This document shows, piece by piece, positions 53,256-62,058 of a stretch of DNA of 64,000 nucleotides. Made by a program: the position numbers and the translations under genes. The first letter of the stretch is position 1. The number at the start of each line of letters is the position of its first letter. The notes under the pieces were generated by a model that saw only the letters and a list, made by a program, of their open reading frames with translations, made no database searches and was not told the origin of the DNA. Origin of the DNA: an uncultured Methanosarcinaceae archaeon (GTDB lineage Archaea > Halobacteriota > Methanosarcinia > Methanosarcinales > Methanosarcinaceae); the NCBI GenBank assembly GCA_963721455.1, contig CAVRJG010000051.1, forward strand, positions 32,001-96,000, read 5' to 3'.

Positions 53256-53462
53256 TATTCTCAGGATCTGGTACTTTATTGGGGTCGGAAAAATTCTATC
53301 TGAACCCGCCAGGTTATGGAGAGTCTTAACCATATCAGTAAGTTCGGGTTTACCGCAGTTTCAGGTAATTCTTAAAAATTCTCTTTCACATGTATATTTT
53401 TCGGGTTCTGATACCTTCATTTCAGATAAACACTTATTTATCCAATTGATAATTATTTTTTA

Positions 53463-53699
53463 GTGGGGATTTTTATAAGGGGGATCTTTTTGAGCGAGAG
53501 CGCGGAAATCTTATACAGAGCAAAAATTGCTCTTCAATTAAGCTTCATTGTCTGGGTCATGCTTGCGATTTTCATGTTTTATGCTACTTTTGAGGCAACG
53601 GCCAGAATGTACGGCACTTTTCTGCTCCTATTTATGGTAATCATTTTTACTCCTTTTCTGCCGGACGGGGCAGGTTATGAAGAAGGGGAACCGGAATGA
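53463..53699 (+). CDS. Small two-TM membrane protein
   Basis: Two hydrophobic stretches and an acidic tail; start may be the TTG at 53490. Confidence 0.6.
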   Translation: MGIFIRGIFLSESAEILYRAKIALQLSFIVWVMLAIFMFYATFEATARMYGTFLLLFMVIIFTPFLPDGAGYEEGEPE

Positions 53700-53742
53700 C
53701 TGCGAGGTAAACTGAACCTTCTCCTGCCAGTGCAGGCAGATC

Positions 53743-56271
53743 TCAAAATTTTACTCTTTTATAAAAAATTCTCTTTATTGTCTCAGCCGTAAGGATGTAC
53801 AGCCCTATTATTGCTCCAAGAATCAAAATAACCTGTATTGGGAGAGGTTTGAAGCCAAAAGGTGCTGCAAAAGGTGTCAGGGGGAAGGCAAGTGCCAGAG
53901 CTCCGGTCAGCACGGTAGCCAGTAGCAGGTATTTTCCTGGTCTGCTCCTGAAAAAAGGTTTTCTGCTCCTGATTACCAGTACTATCATGGATGCTGAAAT
54001 AACGGATTCAACAAACCAGCCTGTCCTGAACTCTTCTGTAATTCCTGGAAGGAGGAAAAGTAAAGTACCGAAAGTCAAGTAGTCGAATACAGAACTGGTA
54101 ATGCCAAATACCAACATAAACCTGCGGATAAAACCTATATCCCATCTGCGAGGCTTTTCGACCATTTCCCTATCCACTGCATCCGTGGCTATGGTCATCT
54201 CTGGAAAATCGGTCAATAAGTTGATTAACAGGATCTGTGTAGGCAGCAGGGGAAGGAAAGGCAAGAAAAGGGACGCTCCTGCCATGCTGAACATGTTCCC
54301 GAAATTGGCACTTGTAGCCATGAAAACGTACTTCAGGGTATTGGCAAAGGTTTTCCTCCCCTCCTTTATCCCCTCCACAAGCGCATCCAGGCTCTTTTCC
54401 ATCAGCACAATGTCTGCAGCTTCTTTGGCGACATCTGCAGCACTGTCAACCGAGATTCCCACATCTGCTGCATGAAGAGCAGAAGCGTCATTAATGCCGT
54501 CTCCCATATATCCGACGACATTTCCGCTTTTCTTAAGCGCAAGGATAATATGCTCTTTCTGGCTCGGCTCTACCTCGGCAAAGACATCATTATCGTTTAC
54601 CTGTTTCATCAGGGCCTCGCTGCTCATCTTATCAAGTTCGCTTCCGGTTAGAACCTTTGAGTTCTTAAGCCCCACCTCCCGACTGATACTGCCAGCCACA
54701 AACCTGTTGTCTCCGGTAATAATTTTCAGAGAAATTCCAAGCTGCCCCATGCTTTCTATCGTTTTTGTAATGTCTGGCTTTGGCGGGTCAAAAAAGAAGA
54801 GGAACCCGAGGAAGATCATCCCTGTTTCCTGTTCTTTTCCGATAGTTTTCTGCTGCCCCATCTCCCTGTACGCAACTCCCAGCGTTCGAAGCCCTTTTTC
54901 GCTGAACTCCTCAAACTGCTGCTCAATCCATTCCTTTAACTCGGAAATTTCTACTGTTTTTCCAGGTTCAGCCTCTGCCAGGGAGCAAATTTCAAGAATA
55001 TTCGGGAGCGCACCTTTGGTTATCATCAGGTTCGTGCCGCTTTTTGAGACGAGGATGCTCAATCTTTTGCGCACAAAATCATAAGGGATTTCGTCCAGTT
55101 TCTCATACTCGGCCAGATCGGGTTTATTCTGTGCAAGAATTGCCCTATCGATCGGGTTTTCAAAGCCTTTCTGATAATAGGCGTTAAGGCTGGAATAAAG
55201 CAGGATTTTTTCATTCTGTTCTCCTTTGAGGTCCTGAAAGGAATGGAGTTGCAGCTCCCCCTCGGTCAGAGTGCCGGTCTTGTCAGAACATAGCAGGTTC
55301 ATGCTGCCAAGGTTTTCAATGGAAGCCAGCCTTTTGACAATCACTTTCTTTTGCGCCATCTCTCTTGCGCCGTGGGAAAGGTTAACACTTATAATTGCAG
55401 GCAGGAGCTGAGGGGTCAGACCCACTGCAAGAGCCAGCGAGAAAAGGAAAGAGTCAAGGATCGGGCGCTGGAGATATACATTGATCGCGAAGATGGTTAT
55501 TACCATCAGCATCGTAACTTCCATTAAAAAGTATCCAAAATGTGAAATTCCCTTTTCAAATTCCGTTTCCGGGGGCCTGAGTTTTAGTTTCTCTGATATT
55601 TTCCCAAACTCAGTTCCCTTTCCTGTGGAAACTGCCAGCACTTTTCCGCTGCCGCTGACCACGCTGGTTCCCATCCAGAGGGAATTTGTGCGCTTTGCAA
55701 GCGGGGTTTCTGCTTTCAGTACGCCGACTATTTTTTCTACGGGATAGGTCTCTCCTGTGAGAGTGGCTTCACTAACGAAAAGGTTCTTTGAGTCCAGAAT
55801 AAGGCAGTCTGCAGGAATTATATCTCCTGCGTTGAGGATTATTATATCCCCTGGCACGATCTCTTCCACAGGGATTTCTTTTTCTTCGCCGTCTCTGAGC
55901 ACTGCCGCCCTTATTTGCACCGCAGCCAGAAGTTTCTCAAAAGCGTTAGATGCTCCCTTTTCCTGCCAGAATCCAAGCAGACTGCTGACCAGAATAATAG
56001 CCGCGATGATTATGGTGTCTGTTGGTTCGTGGAGGAAAAAGGCAAGTCCGGCTGCAAAAAGGAGGATAAGGGTAATCGGACTTTTGAATTGCGAAAGCAG
56101 GAGTGTAAGGGTATCGGACCGTTTTTTTGGTTTGAGAATGTTAGCCCCGTATTTTTTAAGGCGTTCACTGCTTTCGGAGCTTTTCAGGCCTTCAGCCGTT
56201 GTTTGGAGTTCCTGTAACATCCCGGACGCAGAAATACTCCAGAATTCAAGCTTTTTCTCCTTATTGGCCAA
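53743..56271 (-). CDS. mgtA: Mg2+-transporting P-type ATPase
   Basis: TGET, AVGLTP.LLP, DKTGTLT, TGDN, GDGINDA, SANFGNMFS. Confidence 0.9.
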   Translation of the reverse strand: MANKEKKLEFWSISASGMLQELQTTAEGLKSSESSERLKKYGANILKPKKRSDTLTLLLSQFKSPITLILLFAAGLAFFLHEPTDTIIIAAIILVSSLLGFWQEKGASNAFEKLLAAVQIRAAVLRDGEEKEIPVEEIVPGDIIILNAGDIIPADCLILDSKNLFVSEATLTGETYPVEKIVGVLKAETPLAKRTNSLWMGTSVVSGSGKVLAVSTGKGTEFGKISEKLKLRPPETEFEKGISHFGYFLMEVTMLMVITIFAINVYLQRPILDSFLFSLALAVGLTPQLLPAIISVNLSHGAREMAQKKVIVKRLASIENLGSMNLLCSDKTGTLTEGELQLHSFQDLKGEQNEKILLYSSLNAYYQKGFENPIDRAILAQNKPDLAEYEKLDEIPYDFVRKRLSILVSKSGTNLMITKGALPNILEICSLAEAEPGKTVEISELKEWIEQQFEEFSEKGLRTLGVAYREMGQQKTIGKEQETGMIFLGFLFFFDPPKPDITKTIESMGQLGISLKIITGDNRFVAGSISREVGLKNSKVLTGSELDKMSSEALMKQVNDNDVFAEVEPSQKEHIILALKKSGNVVGYMGDGINDASALHAADVGISVDSAADVAKEAADIVLMEKSLDALVEGIKEGRKTFANTLKYVFMATSANFGNMFSMAGASLFLPFLPLLPTQILLINLLTDFPEMTIATDAVDREMVEKPRRWDIGFIRRFMLVFGITSSVFDYLTFGTLLFLLPGITEEFRTGWFVESVISASMIVLVIRSRKPFFRSRPGKYLLLATVLTGALALAFPLTPFAAPFGFKPLPIQVILILGAIIGLYILTAETIKRIFYKRVKF

Positions 56272-56326
56272 CCGGATGTCCCCTTATCTTCTCCTTATCG
56301 CCTGCTCATTACCTGCTTATTTTCCC

Positions 56327-57463
56327 TCAAGCCTCCGTAACCCTCAAGATTTTGGCAAGCTCCTGTCCTTCGCTCCCTATGGTTGAAAGTTCTCTCAAAA
56401 TCTCCGACTTCCCAAGGTATTTTTCTGTTCTGATCCCTTCGGGCTCTTCGATTTTGAGGGTAATTTCCCCTTTAGTATATCCTTTTTCAATGCATTGCGT
56501 TACCAGTTGTCCGTATATAGCAGCAATTAGCTTCAGGCAGTCAAAAACTCTGTTCTCGTCGATTACGTTTTTGCCGTCAAGCATAATACGCCTGAGCCTC
56601 TTTGACCCCACGGATTCCGTGAAGAGCTCTATGAGCTTTATTATGAATATATTGACAGAGTCCCTGTTTAAAGCGGCGGACAGTTCTTCATATCCTGTAA
56701 TTTCATAATCCTTGTGCACAATCAGGAAAGTCTTCCCATCCGCCGACATTATGAATCTGTTTTCCGGGTCTTTGTTGTCTTCAAGTATAGCTCTCAGGTT
56801 ATTTCCTTCGTATTCTATACTCGAGATATAGAAGTCAGATATATCGAGTTTTTTCACCTTTTTTTCCCTGGATATGATTCCGCTCTTTGACCAGACCGGC
56901 AAAGTCAGGTCATGAAGGTCCTTTACCTTTTGCGTGTCCCGCGTGAAATCCAGTTCAAACTCGTATTGAATGCCGTCACCAAAACTAACCTGCTTTCCTT
57001 TCAGTTTTTTATCCTCAACGGAAGCATAATAGGTGCTTTTAGTTCCATAGATACTGTCTTCAAAAAAAGGGCTCAGGGTTGAGAGTATCCTTGTCTCAAG
57101 CTGCTGCACTTCCATGAGGTCCAGTTTATTCCCCCTGTCGAGCTCTTCAAGTTTTTCATTCTTTTTTGCCAGCGCCACTGTCGAGGAGGTCTCAAGAGTT
57201 CTGGCTTTTACCTCAAGAATCTCCGCTGCATCGACTCCAGCTGCACGGCTTTCAATACAATCCCTTATATCTTTCTCAAACATGTCTATTTCTTTAATCC
57301 TTTTTTCGGAAATTACAATCTTTTCTCTGTTCTCGTTTTTGATCTTGATAGCTGATTTTTCCAGAGGTATGACTTCTTTTGAAATTCTTATAAAATCCTG
57401 CAGGTCCTGGATAAAATCTCTCTGGACAGGAAAATCGGTAGAATCCTGAAAAGTATATCTCAT
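56327..57463 (-). CDS. Hypothetical protein
   Basis: 378-aa ORF with GGAG RBS; no motif recognised. Confidence 0.75.
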   Translation of the reverse strand: MRYTFQDSTDFPVQRDFIQDLQDFIRISKEVIPLEKSAIKIKNENREKIVISEKRIKEIDMFEKDIRDCIESRAAGVDAAEILEVKARTLETSSTVALAKKNEKLEELDRGNKLDLMEVQQLETRILSTLSPFFEDSIYGTKSTYYASVEDKKLKGKQVSFGDGIQYEFELDFTRDTQKVKDLHDLTLPVWSKSGIISREKKVKKLDISDFYISSIEYEGNNLRAILEDNKDPENRFIMSADGKTFLIVHKDYEITGYEELSAALNRDSVNIFIIKLIELFTESVGSKRLRRIMLDGKNVIDENRVFDCLKLIAAIYGQLVTQCIEKGYTKGEITLKIEEPEGIRTEKYLGKSEILRELSTIGSEGQELAKILRVTEA

Positions 57464-57849
57464 TTTAAAATCTCCATTCCTTCCGCATTAAAAACGTTTT
57501 TATTTAAATTATGTTTTTTCCCACATTAAGTTTGTGAGCTTACATTTTTGAAAAGGATAATGCGGTTTCCTCTCTTATTTCCAGGGATTTCAAAAAATCT
57601 GAGAAGTCTCTCTAAATATTAAAGTCTTATTCTGTCTGGATTTTCTCTATAACCTTAAATCAAATAACCTATCTTCCCAGGTTTTCAACTTCAAAATTTT
57701 TTCATTAATTAATATTGAATTTCCTTTTTTATTTCATTCAAAATTTTTCAACTTGTATCTTTCAGAAAGATTTATATCAGTTATTGTGCAATCTTAGTTA
57801 TATTATCATCACAAGATAATATATAAAGACGTGTACTCTATGTAAAAAT

Positions 57850-58105
57850 AGAACATTTGCCGTCAGTGGAATTTAGCTTACGATAAATTTACGCTGACGC
57901 TTTGCGATAATAGGTGCATGTCTTATGTTCCGGGCTGATTGTCAGCACTGGTACAAAAACGGGATTAATTCACGGCTTACCTGATTGCAGCAAGAACCAA
58001 TTAGGTTACTGCTTGCCGCACCAGGATCAGAGGTACCGCATTTCTCTCAAAAACGAGTTCATGAGAAGTGTTAGGTTTCTTGTCAACTGAGTAGATAAGA
58101 ATTAT
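57850..58105 (+). ncRNA. Candidate structured 5' leader / ncRNA
   Basis: TAATATATAAA at 57817-57827 followed by four or more hairpins. Confidence 0.45.
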
Positions 58106-58349
58106 ATCAGTTTAATTATGTAGAGGGGGTTGGGCTGAGAAAATAGGGGTAAATTATAAACTATGATTATCCTAACAGTCTTTTCTTATTTAATATGTTA
58201 ATTCCTTATGGGCTTAACATTTATAGACTGTTTGTCGAATGGTATTTTAATATCTGGGTCTGCTATACCTCTTGACTTATAAATATTATTTTATATGATC
58301 TACTATTCAATATTAAATTGGAGTTAAATTGGAAATTTGAGGAATCAAG

Positions 58350-61214
58350 GTGCAGAACATGAAACAAAGATCAATACAATTTAGTGCACTGCTCATCATA
58401 TTCCTTGTCTCAGGGATAGGAAGTGCACTTGCAGAACCATTCTCTTTTCCAGAAGCCAATGTGACCGCTGGTAATATGAGCGTTCTGATCAACTACACCG
58501 TAACCGGTTACGAACCGGGAGACACTGTAAATATCACCGCAGATTTCAATCGATCTGTCGATCACGCAAACATATCGATTGCTCCAGGCAATCTAAGTAA
58601 TTTTAACCGCAGTCGTCCAAATTTAGTGGGCGCTAGTAATGACCTGGGCGTTAGTGACTTTTTAGTAACTGATGCTCCGATGACACCACAAGTAGGTGGT
58701 AATGAACTAGGTGGTAACTCCTTTAGCTTTGACTCTCCGATCCCACAGGACCTGATGGGTCTTTTCGATGTTGAAATCTCTCCATTTGACGCTGAAGGAA
58801 ATCCGCTGAATGGCGGCGGAGATCTTTCAGATCTTGGTGGATTTGAAGTTGATCCGTACATAGATATCATTAGCCCTGACTCCGAGTTCGCCAACAACAG
58901 CTGTGTCAACTTCAATTTCAGTGCATACGATTATGCTGGATACGGTCAAGCTGGAGGGCAAATCACCTACACTTTCTATCTCAATGGTATTGCAAAGAGT
59001 ACCGGGGCTATAGCCTCTGGTGCATATAAACAACTTGAGCTTAATCTGGCTGACGGCTATTACACATGGGAAGTTAAAACCAAGGACAGTATGAACACCA
59101 TACACACAAGTGGCTCTCGTTCTCTGTACGTGGACACTCAATGTCCCAGTGTAACACTTATTTCTCCTGAAGATTGCTTTAAAGAAGTAATAGGTCCCGA
59201 AACAAAATTCAACTTCACCTGTGGAGATGCCTTAACAGCTCAATACCCAAGTGACCTTGATCTCACATACACATTGTATGTAGATGGACAACCTGCAGGT
59301 CTTCCCGGGGACATAGATCTCGAAGATCTGGCTTCTGAGGCCGGCATGGATTTCGCAGATATGCTTTCCCTCATATATCCCGACGGTAAGAGTTCCGGGG
59401 TCATGGACTCTGGAGCCTATAAAGTCGAGGAACAAACTCTCGATGACGGTGTTCACTACTGGTATGTTTCAGTTGAGGATGGAGCTGGAAACAGCGTTAC
59501 AAGTGAAGTCAGGAAATTCTATGTGAGTCTTGACGGGCTTATAGTCACTCTCGTTTCTCCTAACGGAGTATTCGTTCCCTCAAACCCGACATTCAACTTC
59601 AATGTTACGGGACAAGTTATAGGATCTGATAACGGGACCGAAGTCGAGGAAGGAGCAGGGCTGCCTTTCGACGTCAAACTTCTCATTGACGGTAAAGAAG
59701 TAAAGGTAAGTAGCGAATGCGACGGCGACTGCCCCAACTGTGACGAAGAAGAAAATGTCTGCGACGAATGTGGCGAAGACGAAAATGTATGCGACTGCCC
59801 CAACTGTGACGAAGAAGAAAATGGCAAAAACTGTGTGAGCTGCGCCGAAGGAGATTGCACCGGAGGAAATTGCGACGAGTGTGGCTTCTTTGTCGGTGAA
59901 CGCGCCTATTCCGTAACAGCTGCGGTAGCAGATGGAATTAACAAAAACTGGACAGTAATTATTACTGACAGTACAACCGGCAAAACCTACCAGCCTAATG
60001 TGTTCGGTTTCTCAGTTGATAGTGTTGCCCCGGCTGCTGTGGCAAACCTGAATGTTGAAGATGCACTGGGTTCTACCGATTGGACCTCTACGAGAGATTA
60101 TCCCGGGCTGATGGTTAACTGGAATGCAAGCACTGACAAAGATCTTGCCGGTATGCCATATGAAGTCTATATCAGCACATTTGAGCCAAGCTGCATTGAG
60201 GATATGCAAAAGGTAGACACATCTGGGTTAGAGACTCACACAGATGGGACAAAGACTCCAAACCAGAAATTAGAGAATTCAAGCGTTACGGATCTGTGCA
60301 TTGAAGCACTCGACGGAAATGACCTTGTCTACGGCAAGGACTACTGGGTGGCTGTTATTGCTCGGGACAACGCCAGCAACTACAACTCTGCTTTCTCCAG
60401 GTGCGGTCCTGTACGGACATATGAAGATATGGATATTACGCTTGAACAGGGCTGGAACCTGAAATCCGTTCCGAAGAGCCTCGTTGCATCGAATGCCTGC
60501 GCATCGGTCTTTGGTGAAGGTAGTACAGTTCTCTACTGGGACGGCTCATGCTGGCAATTCCCCGAAACCATTGAACCGTGCAAAGGCTACTGGGTCTACA
60601 CTCCGGCAGCTCGCATGACCAACGTCAAGTTCAAGGGAATGTCAGCTGACGGCACCAGTCCTGATGTGCCAGCTTCTCTTGAGCTCACTTCAGGGTGGCA
60701 CATGATAGGGCACACCTCTGCATATGCTCAACCCTGGTCCACAACTTTGGTTTCTCTCAACAATCTCCATACTGAAACAGCCGACGACTACAGTTTCTCC
60801 AACCTTATCACTTATTCTAACGGTGAAGGTTGGGGTGGCATAGTCCCTGTCAAAGAGGAGTCTGCAGGAGAATCCCTTAGTGGTAACAGTCATCCCGTGC
60901 CAGTTGAAGCTCTTCAGTCCAAAGGCTATATGGTTCCCGGACAGGGCTACTGGATCTTCATGAAGGATAAGGGTACCTACGCATCCATCGAAAACGTATA
61001 CAACCCGAATGTAGGCCAGAATACGAACAACAACGGAGGTTTCCCGGAAGGCTTTGATCTGGATAATCAGGGTACGTGGCCTTCAGGCTTTGAACCGTCG
61101 GATGCAGGTACGTGGCCTGTAGGTTTTAATCCGTTGAATACAGATACGTGGCCTGTAGGTTTTGATCTGGCTGATCTTAGCGAGTTACTGAACGTGATGA
61201 ATCTGGAATCCTAA
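58350..61214 (+). CDS. Large secreted protein: Ig-like repeats, acidic Cys-rich insert, GWNL/PGxGYW module, 12-aa TWP repeats; no membrane anchor
   Basis: Signal peptide ...GIGSALA; repeated V.L.SP...FNF / L.DG...W.V beta-sandwich motifs. Confidence 0.85.
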   Translation: MQNMKQRSIQFSALLIIFLVSGIGSALAEPFSFPEANVTAGNMSVLINYTVTGYEPGDTVNITADFNRSVDHANISIAPGNLSNFNRSRPNLVGASNDLGVSDFLVTDAPMTPQVGGNELGGNSFSFDSPIPQDLMGLFDVEISPFDAEGNPLNGGGDLSDLGGFEVDPYIDIISPDSEFANNSCVNFNFSAYDYAGYGQAGGQITYTFYLNGIAKSTGAIASGAYKQLELNLADGYYTWEVKTKDSMNTIHTSGSRSLYVDTQCPSVTLISPEDCFKEVIGPETKFNFTCGDALTAQYPSDLDLTYTLYVDGQPAGLPGDIDLEDLASEAGMDFADMLSLIYPDGKSSGVMDSGAYKVEEQTLDDGVHYWYVSVEDGAGNSVTSEVRKFYVSLDGLIVTLVSPNGVFVPSNPTFNFNVTGQVIGSDNGTEVEEGAGLPFDVKLLIDGKEVKVSSECDGDCPNCDEEENVCDECGEDENVCDCPNCDEEENGKNCVSCAEGDCTGGNCDECGFFVGERAYSVTAAVADGINKNWTVIITDSTTGKTYQPNVFGFSVDSVAPAAVANLNVEDALGSTDWTSTRDYPGLMVNWNASTDKDLAGMPYEVYISTFEPSCIEDMQKVDTSGLETHTDGTKTPNQKLENSSVTDLCIEALDGNDLVYGKDYWVAVIARDNASNYNSAFSRCGPVRTYEDMDITLEQGWNLKSVPKSLVASNACASVFGEGSTVLYWDGSCWQFPETIEPCKGYWVYTPAARMTNVKFKGMSADGTSPDVPASLELTSGWHMIGHTSAYAQPWSTTLVSLNNLHTETADDYSFSNLITYSNGEGWGGIVPVKEESAGESLSGNSHPVPVEALQSKGYMVPGQGYWIFMKDKGTYASIENVYNPNVGQNTNNNGGFPEGFDLDNQGTWPSGFEPSDAGTWPVGFNPLNTDTWPVGFDLADLSELLNVMNLES

Positions 61215-61230
61215 TTTCCGGAACAACTGA

Positions 61231-61270
61231 CTGTTCAGCCTGAACCGGCTGAACGGTTCTTTTTCTTTTT
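61231..61270 (+). terminator. Intra-cluster hairpin plus T-tract
   Basis: ctgttcagcc/ggctgaacgg stem, then ttctttttcttttt. Confidence 0.55.
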
Positions 61271-61298
61271 GTTGTTCGCGTATAATTGGAGGTCTACA

Positions 61299-62027
61299 AT
61301 GAATACAAAATTAAAAAATGGCCTGTTAGGAACATCTATACTACTGTTGTTTTTCCTGGCCTTCTCCCAGACATGCATGGCAGAAGCGGATGTTCCTTCA
61401 GCTCCTCCGACGCTCCCGATGACAGTAACAGGAGTTGCCCTCATTGACGGCACACCTGCTCCCAACGGGACTGTTGTTGCAGCTTACCTTAATGAAAAAG
61501 AGTTTCTCGCAAATACTTCCTCTGGAAATTACTATCTCTTGATTTCTGGAGCTGCTGAGGATGAGGGAAAACCGGTTACTTTTAAAGTGGACGGAAAGAA
61601 TGCTGCAAGCAGTGTTGCCTGGGGATCCGGAGGTATAGTTACCGTCGAACTGCCTGATGGTAAGGTAGTTTATTCGGAGACTACTGAAAGTAATTCAAAT
61701 AGTGACACAAATATTAACACAAATAGTAATTCAAATAGTAATCCAAATTTAAAAACAGGTTCAGAACCTTTGACAGCAAGTAAAGAACAGGGAGTTTCCG
61801 CAGAGGGCCTCAAAGCCGAGAACATTAAAAGCTCAGTCCTTGAGCCGAACATGACGGCTCTGAAAAATACGAGCGCAAACTCCGGAGATAAAGAGGCAGC
61901 AGAATCTTCCGAAGCTTCCCCTAAACCAAAAAGTGCTCCAGGTTTCCCTATTGCTTATGTGTTTGCAGGCATACTTCTGCTCGCTTTCGGATCCGATTTC
62001 GGGAGGGGATCTCGAAGGAATCCCTGA
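61299..62027 (+). CDS. Surface protein with N-terminal PPxxP beta module, Asn/Ser linker and PGF-CTERM-like anchor
   Basis: GGAGG RBS before ATG 61299; signal peptide; SAPGF-hydrophobic-basic tail. Confidence 0.8.
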   Translation: MNTKLKNGLLGTSILLLFFLAFSQTCMAEADVPSAPPTLPMTVTGVALIDGTPAPNGTVVAAYLNEKEFLANTSSGNYYLLISGAAEDEGKPVTFKVDGKNAASSVAWGSGGIVTVELPDGKVVYSETTESNSNSDTNINTNSNSNSNPNLKTGSEPLTASKEQGVSAEGLKAENIKSSVLEPNMTALKNTSANSGDKEAAESSEASPKPKSAPGFPIAYVFAGILLLAFGSDFGRGSRRNP

Positions 62028-62058
62028 AGGACTTTTTTAAAAAAAGTCTACATAATTA

